Source: Candidatus Omnitrophota bacterium (GTDB taxonomy: Bacteria; Omnitrophota; Gorgyraeia; Zapsychrales; Fredricksoniimonadaceae). Taken from it: DNA of 64,000 nucleotides. Made by a program: the position numbers and the translations under genes. Under the pieces are notes generated by a model. It saw only the letters and a list, made by a program, of their open reading frames with translations, was not told the DNA's origin and made no database searches. Shown here piece by piece: positions 1 to 10,524 of the stretch. Position 1 is the first letter of the stretch, and each line of letters starts with the position of its first letter. The stretch lies in NCBI GenBank assembly GCA_028870995.1, contig JAGWOI010000005.1, positions 39,807 through 103,806 of the forward strand, read 5' to 3'.

Positions 1-1
1 C

Positions 2-730
2 ACCACACAACGCCAGTTTATGGAAGACATTTCCCATGAGCTTAAGACACCATTGTCCATATTGAAGGGGGAGTTGGAAGTGACCCTGAAAAAGATCCGG
101 TCAGCCCAGGAGTATGAGGCGTCCTTACAGAGTATCCTGGAAGAGGTCGATAGTCTGGTGGGAATTGTAGGAAATCTTCTGACCCTGGCGCGCTTCGATT
201 CCAAAACTACCGTACTGGATGCCCGCCGGCTGGACCTTAATTTATTGGTCAAGGACGCGGTGGAAGTCGTCCAGGTGCTGGCCAGCCAAAAAGGCATCAC
301 GCTTCAATATAACGGTGCCCATACCGTGGAGGCAGTGGTGGACAAGAACCAGGTCAGGAGAATGGTTCTTAATATTTTGGACAATGCCATTAAATACACC
401 CCGGCGGGCGGGAAAATTTCAGTGGACCTGCGCCGGCAGGGGGACACCGTAGATATTGACATCGCAGATACAGGTATCGGTATTCCTCAAAGGGACCTGC
501 CTCATATTTTTGACCGGTTCTACCGCGTTGACAAGTCCCGCAGCAGCACCGGTTTCGGGTTGGGTTTAAGCATTGCGCAATCCATCGCCGCCGCGCATGG
601 GGGCAGGCTTACGGCCAGGGCCAATATCCCTCAAGGGACCGTCTTTACCATCTCTCTGCCGGTAAAATCCGGCGGCGACAAGGCGGAGGCCCTTCTCAAG
701 CATGAGGGGGCTAAGGTTATAGAATTTTAA
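2..730 (+). CDS. sensor histidine kinase, C-terminal portion (HisKA + HATPase_c); 5' end outside window
   Basis: Frame is open to the window edge; H-box HELKTPL; N box NAIKYTP; G1 DTGIGIP; G2 GFGLGLSIA. Confidence 0.85.
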   Translation, partial: TTQRQFMEDISHELKTPLSILKGELEVTLKKIRSAQEYEASLQSILEEVDSLVGIVGNLLTLARFDSKTTVLDARRLDLNLLVKDAVEVVQVLASQKGITLQYNGAHTVEAVVDKNQVRRMVLNILDNAIKYTPAGGKISVDLRRQGDTVDIDIADTGIGIPQRDLPHIFDRFYRVDKSRSSTGFGLGLSIAQSIAAAHGGRLTARANIPQGTVFTISLPVKSGGDKAEALLKHEGAKVIEF

Positions 731-780
731 TTCTATTCTAATTATCGTTTAATCTTGGAATATTTAAACTAATCTCTCAT

Positions 781-1140
781 ATGAGATCAGTCTTCTTTAT
801 TTTAGCGGTATTGGCCTTGTCCAGTTCGAGAAGCTGGGCCTGGTTGGATGACCCGGCCATGGCCGCATCTGTTATTGAAAGTACGCGTACCATTTCGGGC
901 GGCGTGGTTAAATCCGTTTCTTGGGCTGACCCAACCAAGGAGACAAAGTCTGAAATTGTGGTGACTGACCCTTCCCGAAAGACCACGCACGTTGTCATTA
1001 CCGGCACCACCACCCTCTGGGGTGCTGATGACAAGGCGATTATGCCCGATAAAATCCGGCCCAGGGCCCGCGTGAATGTCATTTATTTCACCACCCCCGA
1101 AGGCATCAATATCGGCCAATCCGTCAAGGTCCTTAAATAG
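781..1140 (+). CDS. hypothetical secreted protein (119 aa) with a signal peptide and a Thr/Val-rich, probably beta-rich, mature part
   Basis: N-terminal MRSVFFILAVLALSSSRSWA signal-like segment; no recognisable family. Confidence 0.45.
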   Translation: MRSVFFILAVLALSSSRSWAWLDDPAMAASVIESTRTISGGVVKSVSWADPTKETKSEIVVTDPSRKTTHVVITGTTTLWGADDKAIMPDKIRPRARVNVIYFTTPEGINIGQSVKVLK

Positions 1141-1158
1141 CCAACCTTCCTTCCGGCA

Positions 1159-1187
1159 TTGACATATCAAAAGCCTTTCTATATAAT
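1159..1187 (+). promoter_or_regulatory. sigma70-type promoter: TTGACA - 17 nt - TATAAT (extended TATATAAT)
   Basis: Exact consensus hexamers with 17-nt spacer, about 37 nt upstream of the leuC ATG; AAGGAAAAGG RBS follows. Confidence 0.55.
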
Positions 1188-1223
1188 CAAAATTTCAATC
1201 TAAAGGCCTAAGGAAAAGGTGTT

Positions 1224-2636
1224 ATGGGACAAACAATGTTTGAGAAAATATGGCAGGACCACTTGGTCAGGGAGTCCCAGGGGGATACTTCCCTAATATA
1301 TATAGACCTGCACCTGGTGCATGAAGTGACCAGTCCCCAGGCTTTTGCGGCCTTACGGGAGAACAGCAGGCCCGTGCGCTGTCCGGCCAAGACCGTGGCC
1401 ACCATGGACCATAACGTGTCCACCAGGACCAAGGATATCACCCGAGTGGAAGCCACTTCCCGCACGCAGATGGAAACCCTGTCCAAGAATTGCCGTGATT
1501 TCGGTATCAAGGTGTACGATTTTGCTGACAAGGACCAGGGCATCGTGCATGTCATCGGCCCTGAGCAGGGCCTGACTCTGCCCGGCATGACCATTGTCTG
1601 CGGCGATTCGCATACCGCCACCCATGGCGCTTTCGGTGCCCTGGCCTTCGGCATCGGCACCTCCGAGGTGGAGCATGTGCTGGCGACCCAGACCCTGCAG
1701 CAAAACAAGCCCAAGACCATGCTGATCAATATCGACGGGAAATTGGCCAGGGGGGTTGTGTCCAAGGACATTATTTTATATATTATCGGTCTTATCGGCA
1801 CCGCCGGGGGTACAGGTTATGTCATTGAGTATGCAGGTTCGGCGATCAGAGACCTGTCCATGGAAGCCCGCATGACGATTTGCAATATGTCCATCGAGGC
1901 CGGCGCCCGTGCCGGGATGATCGCGCCTGACGAAACGACCTTTAATTACATCATGGGCCGGGATTTCGCGCCCAAAGGCCCTGATTGGACCAAGGCCGTG
2001 GCTTACTGGAAGACCCTGCCCAGCGACAAGGACGCCAAATTCGACAAGGTCATTAACATCAGGGCCGAGGACATCGGTCCCATGGTGACCTGGGGCACAT
2101 CGCCGGGGCAGGTGACCGCTGTCGATGGGATAGTGCCTGATCCGGAAGCCATGAAGGACCCGGTTGAACGCGCCGCGGCCAGGAACGCGCTGAGCTATAT
2201 GGATTTGAAACCCGGCACGAAAATGACGGATATCAAGATCGATAAGGTCTTTATCGGCTCCTGCACCAACGGACGCATTGAGGACCTGCGCGCCGCGGCC
2301 CAGATCGTACAGGGCCGCCGGGTGGCTCCGGGTATTGAAGCGATCGTGGTGCCCGGATCAGGGCGTGTCCGCCTTCAGGCAGAGAAAGAAGGCCTGGACA
2401 AGATATTTATCAATGCCGGCATGGAATGGCGCTTTGCGGGCTGTTCCATGTGTCTGGGCATGAACGACGACCAACTGAAGAAGGGGGAGCGTTGCGCCTC
2501 CAGCAGCAACCGCAACTTCGAAGGCCGGCAGGGGCCGGGCGGCCGCACCCACTTAATGAGTCCCCAAATGGCGGCCATCGCCGCCCTGGAAGGCAAAATC
2601 ACGGATATCCGCATAACAAGCGAGCGTACGACTTAA
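1224..2636 (+). CDS. leuC: 3-isopropylmalate dehydratase large subunit
   Basis: 470 aa; aconitase-family motifs and Cys ligands ([15 protein letters not shown]). Confidence 0.93.
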   Translation: MGQTMFEKIWQDHLVRESQGDTSLIYIDLHLVHEVTSPQAFAALRENSRPVRCPAKTVATMDHNVSTRTKDITRVEATSRTQMETLSKNCRDFGIKVYDFADKDQGIVHVIGPEQGLTLPGMTIVCGDSHTATHGAFGALAFGIGTSEVEHVLATQTLQQNKPKTMLINIDGKLARGVVSKDIILYIIGLIGTAGGTGYVIEYAGSAIRDLSMEARMTICNMSIEAGARAGMIAPDETTFNYIMGRDFAPKGPDWTKAVAYWKTLPSDKDAKFDKVINIRAEDIGPMVTWGTSPGQVTAVDGIVPDPEAMKDPVERAAARNALSYMDLKPGTKMTDIKIDKVFIGSCTNGRIEDLRAAAQIVQGRRVAPGIEAIVVPGSGRVRLQAEKEGLDKIFINAGMEWRFAGCSMCLGMNDDQLKKGERCASSSNRNFEGRQGPGGRTHLMSPQMAAIAALEGKITDIRITSERTT

Positions 2637-2668
2637 AGAAAGCATTACCAAGGAAGGAACAGGGAATC

Positions 2669-3286
2669 TTGCAACCGTTTAAAACGCATACAGGCATTGC
2701 AGCACCCTTGGACCGCGTCAACGTGGACACCGACGCCATCATTCCCAAGCAGTTTTTAAGGAAGATTGAAAAGGCCGGTTTCGGTAAACATCTTTTTCAC
2801 GAATGGCGCTTTACGGATTATGAGGGCACCAAGGAGAACGCGGATTTTATTTTAAACCAGCCAACCTACCGCAAGGCCACCGTTTTGTTGGCGCGTGATA
2901 ATTTCGGTTGCGGTTCCAGCCGTGAGCATGCGCCATGGGCCCTGGGTGATTTTGGTTTTAAGGTGATCATTGCGCCATCCTTTGCCGACATTTTTTATAA
3001 CAACTGCGTGAAGAACGGTATTTTATTGGTGCGCTTGAGTTCCAAGGAGGTGGATGAGATTTTTGCTTTTTTAGGAAAGAACAAAGGCGCCGTGATTAGT
3101 GCTGATTTACCGGCACAGACCGTGACAGCAGGGCAGAAGACTTATAAATTCCAAATTGATGCATTTAATAAAGAATGCCTTTTGAAGGGCCTGGATTCGA
3201 TCGGCTGGACCCTGCAATACCAGGACAAGATCGCTGCTTACGAAAATAAACTTAAATCCGAGCACCCGTGGCTTATGAGGGCCTAA
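2669..3286 (+). CDS. leuD: 3-isopropylmalate dehydratase small subunit
   Basis: TTG start after an AGGAAGGAA RBS, in frame with the longer track ORF; LeuD-like sequence [18 protein letters not shown]. Confidence 0.85.
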   Translation: MQPFKTHTGIAAPLDRVNVDTDAIIPKQFLRKIEKAGFGKHLFHEWRFTDYEGTKENADFILNQPTYRKATVLLARDNFGCGSSREHAPWALGDFGFKVIIAPSFADIFYNNCVKNGILLVRLSSKEVDEIFAFLGKNKGAVISADLPAQTVTAGQKTYKFQIDAFNKECLLKGLDSIGWTLQYQDKIAAYENKLKSEHPWLMRA

Positions 3287-3288
3287 AC

Positions 3289-4965
3289 ATGTCTGAGATC
3301 AGAAAATTTTCTTCCCTGGTTGTCGACGGCAATGACCGTGCGCCCAACCGTTCCATGCTGAGGGCCACCGGTTTTAAAGATGAGGATTTCCAAAAGCCGC
3401 AGATCGGCATTGTTTCCACCTGGAGCATGCTGACACCCTGCAATATGCACATCAACGAATTGGCCGACAAGGCCGTTGAGGGTACGGACGCTGCCGGCGG
3501 CAAGGGCATTATTTTCGGCACCATCACCGTGGCGGACGGCATTTCCATGGGCACCGAAGGCATGAAATATTCGCTGGTGTCCCGCGAGGTGATCGCCGAT
3601 TCTGTTGAGACCGTCGCAGGCTGCGAGGGTTTTGACGGCCTGGTGGCTGTTGGAGGCTGCGATAAAAACATGCCAGGCTGCCTGATCGCCATGGCCCGCC
3701 TGAACCGTCCGTCGGTATTTGTGTACGGCGGCACCATTCTTCCCGGCTGCTATCACGGGCAGAATGTTGATATCGTTTCCGTGTTTGAGGCTGTGGGCAA
3801 ACATGCGGCGCAAAAAATTTCTGATCATGAATTAAAAGAGATCGAAAGCTGTGCCATTCCCGGCCCCGGCTCCTGCGGCGGGATGTACACGGCCAATACC
3901 ATGGCCAGCGCCATCGAAGCGTTAGGGATGAGCCTGCCCAACAGTTCCATGCAGATCGCGGTATCCCGCGAAAAAGAACTGGATTGCTTTAATGCGGGCC
4001 AGGCCGTATTGAATTTGTTGAAATTAGGGATCAAGCCCCGGGATATCCTGACCAAGAAAGCTTTTGAAAACGCCATTACCGTGGTGACGGCCCTGGGCGG
4101 ATCGACGAATGCGGTCCTGCATCTGTTGGCCATTGCCGATGCTGTCGGCGTCAAATTAACGCTGGATGATTTTACCCGGGTGGGCAAGAAGGCGCCGGTG
4201 CTGGCTGATCTTAAGCCCAGCGGCCGCTTTGTGGCGGCGGAATTGGCCGCCATCGGCGGTTTGCTGCCCTTGATGAAGATGCTTTTGGACAAGGGGCTGC
4301 TGCACGGCGATTGCCTGACCGTGACCGGCAAAACCGTGCGCGAAAATTTAGCGAATGTAAAATCATACCCTGCAGGCCAAGAGATCATCAGGCCTTTTGA
4401 GAACCCTATTAAAAAGGAAGGTCACCTGGTCATTCTGTACGGCAATCTCGCCAGCGAAGGGGCTGTGGCCAAGATCACCGGCAAGGAAGGGCTGGTTTTT
4501 ACCGGTCGTGCCAAAGTTTTTGATTCTGAAGAAGCGGCCCTTAAAGCCATTTTAGACGGCAAGGTTGTCAAAGGCGATGTGGTGGTGGTGCGTTATGAAG
4601 GCCCGCGCGGCGGTCCGGGCATGCGCGAGATGCTTTCTCCCACATCCGCCATCATGGGCAAGGGGCTTGGCAAGGACGTGGCCCTGATCACCGATGGACG
4701 TTTTTCCGGCGGCAGCCACGGCTTTGTGGTGGGGCATATTACGCCTGAAGCATTTAACGGCGGGCTTTTGGGGATCATCAAAAATGGCGATACCATCACC
4801 ATCGATGCCGCCAAGCGGCAGATCAATCTGGATTTGCCGGCGGCGGAAATCAAAAAACGTCAAAAGGCATGGAAGCAGCCCAAGCCCAGATATACCAAAG
4901 GGGTTTTGGCCAAATACGCTAAACTTGTCACCAGCGCCTCGACCGGTGCGGTGACCGACAAATAA
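3289..4965 (+). CDS. ilvD: dihydroxy-acid dehydratase
   Basis: IlvD/EDD family motifs ([26 protein letters not shown]); ATG 3 nt after the leuD stop. Confidence 0.92.
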   Translation: MSEIRKFSSLVVDGNDRAPNRSMLRATGFKDEDFQKPQIGIVSTWSMLTPCNMHINELADKAVEGTDAAGGKGIIFGTITVADGISMGTEGMKYSLVSREVIADSVETVAGCEGFDGLVAVGGCDKNMPGCLIAMARLNRPSVFVYGGTILPGCYHGQNVDIVSVFEAVGKHAAQKISDHELKEIESCAIPGPGSCGGMYTANTMASAIEALGMSLPNSSMQIAVSREKELDCFNAGQAVLNLLKLGIKPRDILTKKAFENAITVVTALGGSTNAVLHLLAIADAVGVKLTLDDFTRVGKKAPVLADLKPSGRFVAAELAAIGGLLPLMKMLLDKGLLHGDCLTVTGKTVRENLANVKSYPAGQEIIRPFENPIKKEGHLVILYGNLASEGAVAKITGKEGLVFTGRAKVFDSEEAALKAILDGKVVKGDVVVVRYEGPRGGPGMREMLSPTSAIMGKGLGKDVALITDGRFSGGSHGFVVGHITPEAFNGGLLGIIKNGDTITIDAAKRQINLDLPAAEIKKRQKAWKQPKPRYTKGVLAKYAKLVTSASTGAVTDK

Positions 4966-4966
4966 T

Positions 4967-6034
4967 ATGGCTGGAAATTCATTCGGACAGCTCTTTAAGA
5001 TCACCACCTTCGGCGAAAGCCACGGGCCTGCCATCGGTGTTGTCATCGACGGCGTGCCGCCCAAACTGCCTTTGTCCGAAGCGGATATCCAAAAAGATCT
5101 GGACCGCCGGCGCCCCGGCCAAAGCAAGATCACCACTCAGCGTCAGGAAGCGGACAAGGCTGAAATTCTCTCCGGTGTCTTCGAAGGCAAGACCACGGGC
5201 GCCCCCCTGGCCATCCTCATCCGTAACGAAGACCAGCGTTCCAAAGATTACGAAAACATCAAGGATGTGTTCCGTCCCGGCCATGCGGATTTTAGTTACA
5301 TGGCTAAATACGGCATCCGCGATTACCGTGGCGGCGGGCGTTCGTCAGGGCGTGAGACCGCCTGCCGGGTGGCGGCCGGTGCCGTGGCCAAAAAGATTTT
5401 AGCCAAACATAAGGTGGAGATCATCGTTTACACTTTGTCTGTGGCCGGCACCTACGCGCAGGACATTGATTTTGGCGTTATTGAAAAGAATCCGGTACGC
5501 ACTGCTGACATGAAGGCCGCCGGCCTCATGACCGCCAAGATCGAGGAGGCGCGCAAGAACGGCGATTCCCTGGGCAGCACTCTTCAGTGCATTGTGAAAA
5601 ATTGTCCGCCCGGCTTAGGCGATCCGTGTTTTGACAAACTCAATGCACGCCTGGCCCAGGCCCTGATGTCCATTGCCACGGTCAAAGGGATCGAATTCGG
5701 CGACGGTTTCAGCGCCAGCCAATTGACAGGCTCCATCAACAACGACCGGTTTGTCCTTAAGGGCAAGAAGGTGGGCACGGACACCAACCATTCCGGCGGC
5801 ATCATGGGCGGCATATCCACCGGTGAAGACATCACCATCCGTATGGCCTTAAAACCGCCCTCATCCATTGCCAAGCTTCAAAAGACACTCAATGAGAAAC
5901 ACGAGGAAGTCGAGGTTCAGGTCAAAGGCCGTCATGATCCGTGTTTGGCACCGAGGGTCGTTCCCGTCGCGGAAGCCATGATCGCCCTGACTCTCGTGGA
6001 TTGCTTGTTGATTCAAAAAGCCACCAATCTCTAA
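4967..6034 (+). CDS. aroC: chorismate synthase
   Basis: N-terminus FGQLFKITTFGESHGPAIGVVIDGVPP and RPGHADF motif. Confidence 0.93.
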   Translation: MAGNSFGQLFKITTFGESHGPAIGVVIDGVPPKLPLSEADIQKDLDRRRPGQSKITTQRQEADKAEILSGVFEGKTTGAPLAILIRNEDQRSKDYENIKDVFRPGHADFSYMAKYGIRDYRGGGRSSGRETACRVAAGAVAKKILAKHKVEIIVYTLSVAGTYAQDIDFGVIEKNPVRTADMKAAGLMTAKIEEARKNGDSLGSTLQCIVKNCPPGLGDPCFDKLNARLAQALMSIATVKGIEFGDGFSASQLTGSINNDRFVLKGKKVGTDTNHSGGIMGGISTGEDITIRMALKPPSSIAKLQKTLNEKHEEVEVQVKGRHDPCLAPRVVPVAEAMIALTLVDCLLIQKATNL

Positions 6035-6035
6035 T

Positions 6036-6887
6036 ATGCAGAATCAGAAAGTCATTCTTGTCACCGGCTGCTCCAGCGGCTTTGGTCTGTTGACGGCTGT
6101 GCGCCTGGCGGCCGGCGGCCATCTGGTCTGGGCCTCCATGAGGGACCTTTCCAAAAGAACCCGGCTGGAAGAGCAGTTGACCCGCAGGGGCGTCCAGGCC
6201 GTTATCCGCGAGCTTGATGTGACAAAGCCCTCGGTTATCAAGAATGTCATTGATGAGATTTTAAAGACCCATGGGCGCATCGATGTCCTGGTCAACAATG
6301 CAGGGTACAGCATGACGGGTTTTTTCGAAGATTTAAGCGAGGAAGAGATCAGGGCGCAGATGGAAACCAATTTTTTCGGCGTCCAGCATCTCTGCCGCCA
6401 GGTCGTCCCTTTAATGCGTCAACGCGGTGCAGGGAAGATCATCAACATCTCCAGCATCGCCGGGCAGGTGGCCACGCCGGGGTTAGGCGCCTATAATGCC
6501 AGCAAATGGGCCCTGGAGGGTTTCAGCGAAAGCCTGTATTTCGAACTTCGGCCTTTTGGGGTCTCCGTCGTTCTCATTGAACCCGGGCTGTATCCCACGG
6601 ATCTTTTTACCAAGAATGTGCTTTATGCCAAAGGCGTGGATAATCCTCAAAGTCCATATTTCCGTTACAGTCAGAGATTAAAACAGATTTTACAGATGTC
6701 TCTTAAGAAGATCGGCCGGGACCCTGACGAGATAGCTAAGCTTATCGAACGGATCATCAACGACCCGAATCCCCGCTTGCGTTACATCTCGGATTTTTCA
6801 TCCTGGGCCCGCGTGATGGCCCAACAAGTGCTGCCTAAAAACTGGGTCGCTTATATTATCGGGAGAGTTATCAATGCAAACAAATAA
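6036..6887 (+). CDS. short-chain dehydrogenase/reductase (SDR) family oxidoreductase
   Basis: TGCSSGFG Rossmann motif, NNAG, S-Y-K catalytic triad (YNASK). Confidence 0.8.
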   Translation: MQNQKVILVTGCSSGFGLLTAVRLAAGGHLVWASMRDLSKRTRLEEQLTRRGVQAVIRELDVTKPSVIKNVIDEILKTHGRIDVLVNNAGYSMTGFFEDLSEEEIRAQMETNFFGVQHLCRQVVPLMRQRGAGKIINISSIAGQVATPGLGAYNASKWALEGFSESLYFELRPFGVSVVLIEPGLYPTDLFTKNVLYAKGVDNPQSPYFRYSQRLKQILQMSLKKIGRDPDEIAKLIERIINDPNPRLRYISDFSSWARVMAQQVLPKNWVAYIIGRVINANK

Positions 6888-7161
6888 AACATCTTACCAG
6901 CGTCAAATCTTCGTATGCACCAACAACGCCAACGGTGAAAAAGCCTCCTGCGGGGATCACCAGGGCGAGGAGGTTTTCCGTCAATTGCGCGAGATCGCCA
7001 AGCAGCGTAAGCTTCATCCGAATATCCGGGTCGCCCAAGCCAAGTGCCTCGGCCAGTGCAACAAGGGTGTCAATATCATGATTTATCCCGAGAATATCTG
7101 GCACAGCGACGTGCGGATGGAAGATGTGCCGGCCTTGGCGGATAAATACATTCAAACATGA
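6874..7161 (+). CDS. thioredoxin-like [2Fe-2S] ferredoxin
   Basis: 95 aa; Cys pattern C15...C26...C58-x3-C62 (KCLGQC), typical of NuoE/Fd4-like Trx-fold ferredoxins. Confidence 0.7.
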   Translation: MQTNKTSYQRQIFVCTNNANGEKASCGDHQGEEVFRQLREIAKQRKLHPNIRVAQAKCLGQCNKGVNIMIYPENIWHSDVRMEDVPALADKYIQT

Positions 7162-7811
7162 GCGGGGCTCCAGTGGTATTCGAAAATGTCATTCAAAGGT
7201 CATTTGCGTTACTAATTTTTGTGCTGGCTCTATTTTCGCCGGCCTATGCTCAATCACCCATGAATGGCACCGGTCAGGGCATGGCCTCTCTTAAGTCTGG
7301 TAATACGGCCGGGGCGCTCGAGGCCTTCAACAAGGCCATTGCCGTTGATCATAACGATGCCGTTGCCTACCTTGACCGTGCCATTGCTTACGCTGATCTA
7401 AAAAAACTTCCCGAGGCCATTTCAGATACGACTCAGGCTATTGAAATCGATCCTAAAAATGCCGCAGCCTATTATCTGCGGGGGTCCATTTATTATGCGC
7501 AAGGGCAGGGTATGGCCGCTATCGCCGATTTCAGCCAGGCTATTGCGCTTAAGCCTAAAGTGTCCAAAGGCTACATGAGCAGGGCGCTTACCTATCTGCG
7601 CGAGGATGATCCCCAAAAGGCTGCCGCGGACCTGACCAAGGTGGAAGAATTAAACCCTAAATACGGCCATGCTTATTATAATTTAGCCGTGGCCTATTAT
7701 CAGCTTAAGCAATACAATAAAGCTTGGGAACAGGTGCATAAGGCTCAAGAGTTGGGAGTAGCGATCAACCCTAAATTTATCGATAGCCTCAAGGAGGCCG
7801 CAGTTAAGTGA
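7158..7811 (+). CDS. secreted tetratricopeptide-repeat (TPR) protein
   Basis: Signal peptide ending AYAQS; several 34-aa repeats with the A..Y..G..Y..A pattern. Confidence 0.75.
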   Translation: MSGAPVVFENVIQRSFALLIFVLALFSPAYAQSPMNGTGQGMASLKSGNTAGALEAFNKAIAVDHNDAVAYLDRAIAYADLKKLPEAISDTTQAIEIDPKNAAAYYLRGSIYYAQGQGMAAIADFSQAIALKPKVSKGYMSRALTYLREDDPQKAAADLTKVEELNPKYGHAYYNLAVAYYQLKQYNKAWEQVHKAQELGVAINPKFIDSLKEAAVK

Positions 7812-8434
7812 TCATCGAATGTAGTCAATACACAGCGGACCAGCTTTACTTTATTCTGATCCAGCTTGTGCTGCCAAGACCCATCGCCTGGGTCCTTTCC
7901 GACAACGGCAACGGCACTTATAACCTGGCGCCGTTTTCTTTCTTTAATGCCATCACCTCCAATCCGCCCATTCTGATGATCTCCGTCGGGTGGAAGAATG
8001 ATGAAACCAAGAAAGACACCTGGGTCAACATCAGCGAGCGCAGCCATTTCGTCGTCCATATTCCTGCCGGCGCACAGGTCCATGAAGTCAGCAATTCATC
8101 GACGGTGCTGCCTCACGGCGCCTCCGAAATTGACCGCTTCGGCATCACCGTCGAAAACCTGGAAGGCTGGTCCCTGCCTAAGGTCAGGGGGGCCGGGATT
8201 GCCTTTCTTTGCGAAAAATACGCCATCCATGAGATAGGCGCCGATCCGCAAGCGCTGATCCTGGGCAAGATCAACTGCATTTGGATCGACGAGGAAGCGG
8301 TCAGCCGTCCTAACAACCGTATCGTTATTGATCCTGTTAAGATCGATCCTCTGGCTCGCCTGGGAGGCAATCACTACGCGCTGTTGGGGGAAGTGCTCAC
8401 CGTCAAAAGACCTGACAAACCGGAAGGGGGATGA
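7808..8434 (+). CDS. flavin reductase-like domain protein
   Basis: Flavin_Reduct-like N-terminus (LAPFSFFNAITSNPPILMISVG). Confidence 0.7.
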   Translation: MIIECSQYTADQLYFILIQLVLPRPIAWVLSDNGNGTYNLAPFSFFNAITSNPPILMISVGWKNDETKKDTWVNISERSHFVVHIPAGAQVHEVSNSSTVLPHGASEIDRFGITVENLEGWSLPKVRGAGIAFLCEKYAIHEIGADPQALILGKINCIWIDEEAVSRPNNRIVIDPVKIDPLARLGGNHYALLGEVLTVKRPDKPEGG

Positions 8435-8438
8435 GACT

Positions 8439-8582
8439 ATGGCTAAAATCACCGTTTTCAAAATCAAGAACCGCAGCGGTTTTGCCGCCGTTTGCAACGG
8501 GCACCTGACCGAAGGACGGAGCAAGGAACAGGCCCAGGATCGCATGACCAAGGCCTTGAAGCGCACCTCGAAGAGAAAATAA
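8439..8582 (+). CDS. small basic hypothetical protein (47 aa), possibly a single YegP/DUF1508-like unit
   Basis: Internal ATG after a GGGGGATGAG RBS; weak resemblance to UPF0339 (MAKxxxFKxK...NG...EG..SK). Confidence 0.35.
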   Translation: MAKITVFKIKNRSGFAAVCNGHLTEGRSKEQAQDRMTKALKRTSKRK

Positions 8583-8676
8583 AATTTCCGGCGAAAAAAT
8601 TCAAAGCTTGATTGCTTTTTACTCTTAAGCCTTCTATACTTTAATTGAAATTATTTATTCTATTAAGGAGGCGCTT

Positions 8677-10524
8677 ATGAGCATGTTCGATAAGAACATC
8701 AGCCAGGAGAAGCTTAAGAGTCTCGAATTCGCCGAAGCTGCCCGCGAACAGGAATGGAAAGCCCCCAGTTTTGCCCTCAAACTTTTTCACGGATCCCTGG
8801 ATTTTAGTTTAATTCACCCTTTCCCCAAGCAAGACACTGCCGAGAAAAAGGCCTGCGATGACTACATGGTTCGGATGGAAAAATTTTTACGGGAAAACCT
8901 TAATCCCGATGAAGTCGACAAGACCGGTGATATCCCCAAGAAAGTCTATCAAGGCCTGGGGGATCTAGGCGCCTTCGCGTTGAAGATACCCAAGGAATAC
9001 GGCGGCATGGGGTTCAGCCAGTACAGCTATAACCGCATCATGCATTTGATCTCCAGCTACTGCGGTTCCACGGCGGTGCTGCTTTCCGCGCATCAGTCGA
9101 TCGGCGTGCCGCAGCCGCTGAAACTTTTCGGGACCCCTGAACAAAAGAAAAAATACCTGCCCATGTTCGCCAAAGGCGCGGTCTCGGCCTTTGCCTTGAC
9201 AGAACCTGAGGCCGGCTCCGATCCGCGCAACATGAGCACCACCGCGACCCCGACGGAAGACGGAAAGTATTTCCTGCTCAACGGTACCAAACTCTGGTGC
9301 ACCAACGGCCTGATCGCCGACGTGATGGTGGTGATGGCGGTGACGCCACCCAAGGTCGTCAAGGGCAAGGAGATCAAGCAGATCACCGCCTTCATCGTCG
9401 AAGGGTCCTGGCCGGGCATCGAGAAAGTCCACCGCTGCAGTTTCATGGGCCTGCACGGCATCCAGAACGGGCTTATGCGTTTCAATAATGTCAGGGTACC
9501 GCGCGAGAACATCCTTTTAGGTGAAGGGGAAGGTTTGAAGCTTGCCCTGGTTACGCTGAACACCGGCCGCCTGACATTGCCGGCGGCTTCGGCCGGTATC
9601 GGCAAATGGTGCCTGAACGTCTGCCGCCAATGGTCCACCAAGCGCCATCAATGGGGCTCTGCCATCGGCGAACACGAGGCCGTGGCCTTAAAATTAAATT
9701 ATGTGGCCTCCCATGCCTTTGCCATGGATGCCGTGGCCTGGCTGACGTCGGCTATGGCCGACGACAAGCACCGCGATATCCGTCTGGAGGCGGCCATTGC
9801 CAAGCTTTTCAGTACCGAAACCAGCTGGCAGATCGTCGATACGACCCTGCAGATCCGCGGCGGGCAGGGGTATGAAACATCCGAATCCCTGGCCAAACGC
9901 GGGATGGATTACTGGCCCGTGGAACGCGCCATGCGCGACGTGCGCATCAACCGCATCATTGAAGGCACCTCCGACATCATGCACCTGTTCATCGCGCGCG
10001 AAGCCTTGGACCCGCATTTGTCCAAAATCAAACCGCTCTTAAGCGGCAAGACGCCGGTCAATGTCAAGATGGGTGCCGCTTTTAAAATGGCCGCCTTTTA
10101 TGCCGCCTGGTATCCCAAACAGTGGCTTCCTCCGCTGGGCGGGCCCGGCGACCTACCGGAGCCCTTGAACGGGCACATGATGTTCGTCCAGGATGCCAGC
10201 AAGAAATTGGCCCGTCTGACCTTCCATGCGATGATGAAATATCAGCAGAAATTGGAGGCCAAGCAAAGCATCCTGAACCGGATCGTGGATATCGGCATGG
10301 AATTGTTCGTGATCTCCGCGGTGTGTTCCTACGCGGCCATGCTGGCCAAGGACGGTCAGGCCAATGCGGTGGAACTGGCCGACAGCTTTTGTATCGATGC
10401 CAGAAACCGGATAGAAGCTAGTTTCAAAGAGAGTGCTGAGAATGCCGACAGCAAGAAACTGAAGATCGCCAAAAAAATCTTAGCCAGAGAATTCGAGTGG
10501 TTGGAGAACCAAATTATTAAATAA
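8677..10524 (+). CDS. long-form acyl-CoA dehydrogenase family protein
   Basis: 615 aa; ACAD motifs (TEPEAGSDP, GGQGY); about 200-aa C-terminal extension; strong AAGGAGG RBS. Confidence 0.85.
   Translation: MSMFDKNISQEKLKSLEFAEAAREQEWKAPSFALKLFHGSLDFSLIHPFPKQDTAEKKACDDYMVRMEKFLRENLNPDEVDKTGDIPKKVYQGLGDLGAFALKIPKEYGGMGFSQYSYNRIMHLISSYCGSTAVLLSAHQSIGVPQPLKLFGTPEQKKKYLPMFAKGAVSAFALTEPEAGSDPRNMSTTATPTEDGKYFLLNGTKLWCTNGLIADVMVVMAVTPPKVVKGKEIKQITAFIVEGSWPGIEKVHRCSFMGLHGIQNGLMRFNNVRVPRENILLGEGEGLKLALVTLNTGRLTLPAASAGIGKWCLNVCRQWSTKRHQWGSAIGEHEAVALKLNYVASHAFAMDAVAWLTSAMADDKHRDIRLEAAIAKLFSTETSWQIVDTTLQIRGGQGYETSESLAKRGMDYWPVERAMRDVRINRIIEGTSDIMHLFIAREALDPHLSKIKPLLSGKTPVNVKMGAAFKMAAFYAAWYPKQWLPPLGGPGDLPEPLNGHMMFVQDASKKLARLTFHAMMKYQQKLEAKQSILNRIVDIGMELFVISAVCSYAAMLAKDGQANAVELADSFCIDARNRIEASFKESAENADSKKLKIAKKILAREFEWLENQIIK

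Noticed and set aside
1208-1801. 197-aa minus-strand ORF antisense to leuC, and many similar antisense ORFs in the track (3283-3828, 9093-9641, 16784-17527, 19286-20035, 44261-44866, 51328-52347, 62208-62726 and others)
   Set aside because: Each lies wholly inside a high-confidence sense-strand gene with clear homology. They are GC-biased shadow ORFs without RBS or domain signatures.
2426-2668. Upstream extension of the LeuD ORF overlapping the leuC 3' end
   Set aside because: The LeuD homology begins at the TTG at 2669, which is preceded by a strong RBS. The extension overlaps leuC coding sequence.
8583-8676. Possible promoter (TTGATT ... TATACT) upstream of the acyl-CoA dehydrogenase
   Set aside because: The spacer is about 21 nt, too long for a confident sigma70 assignment.
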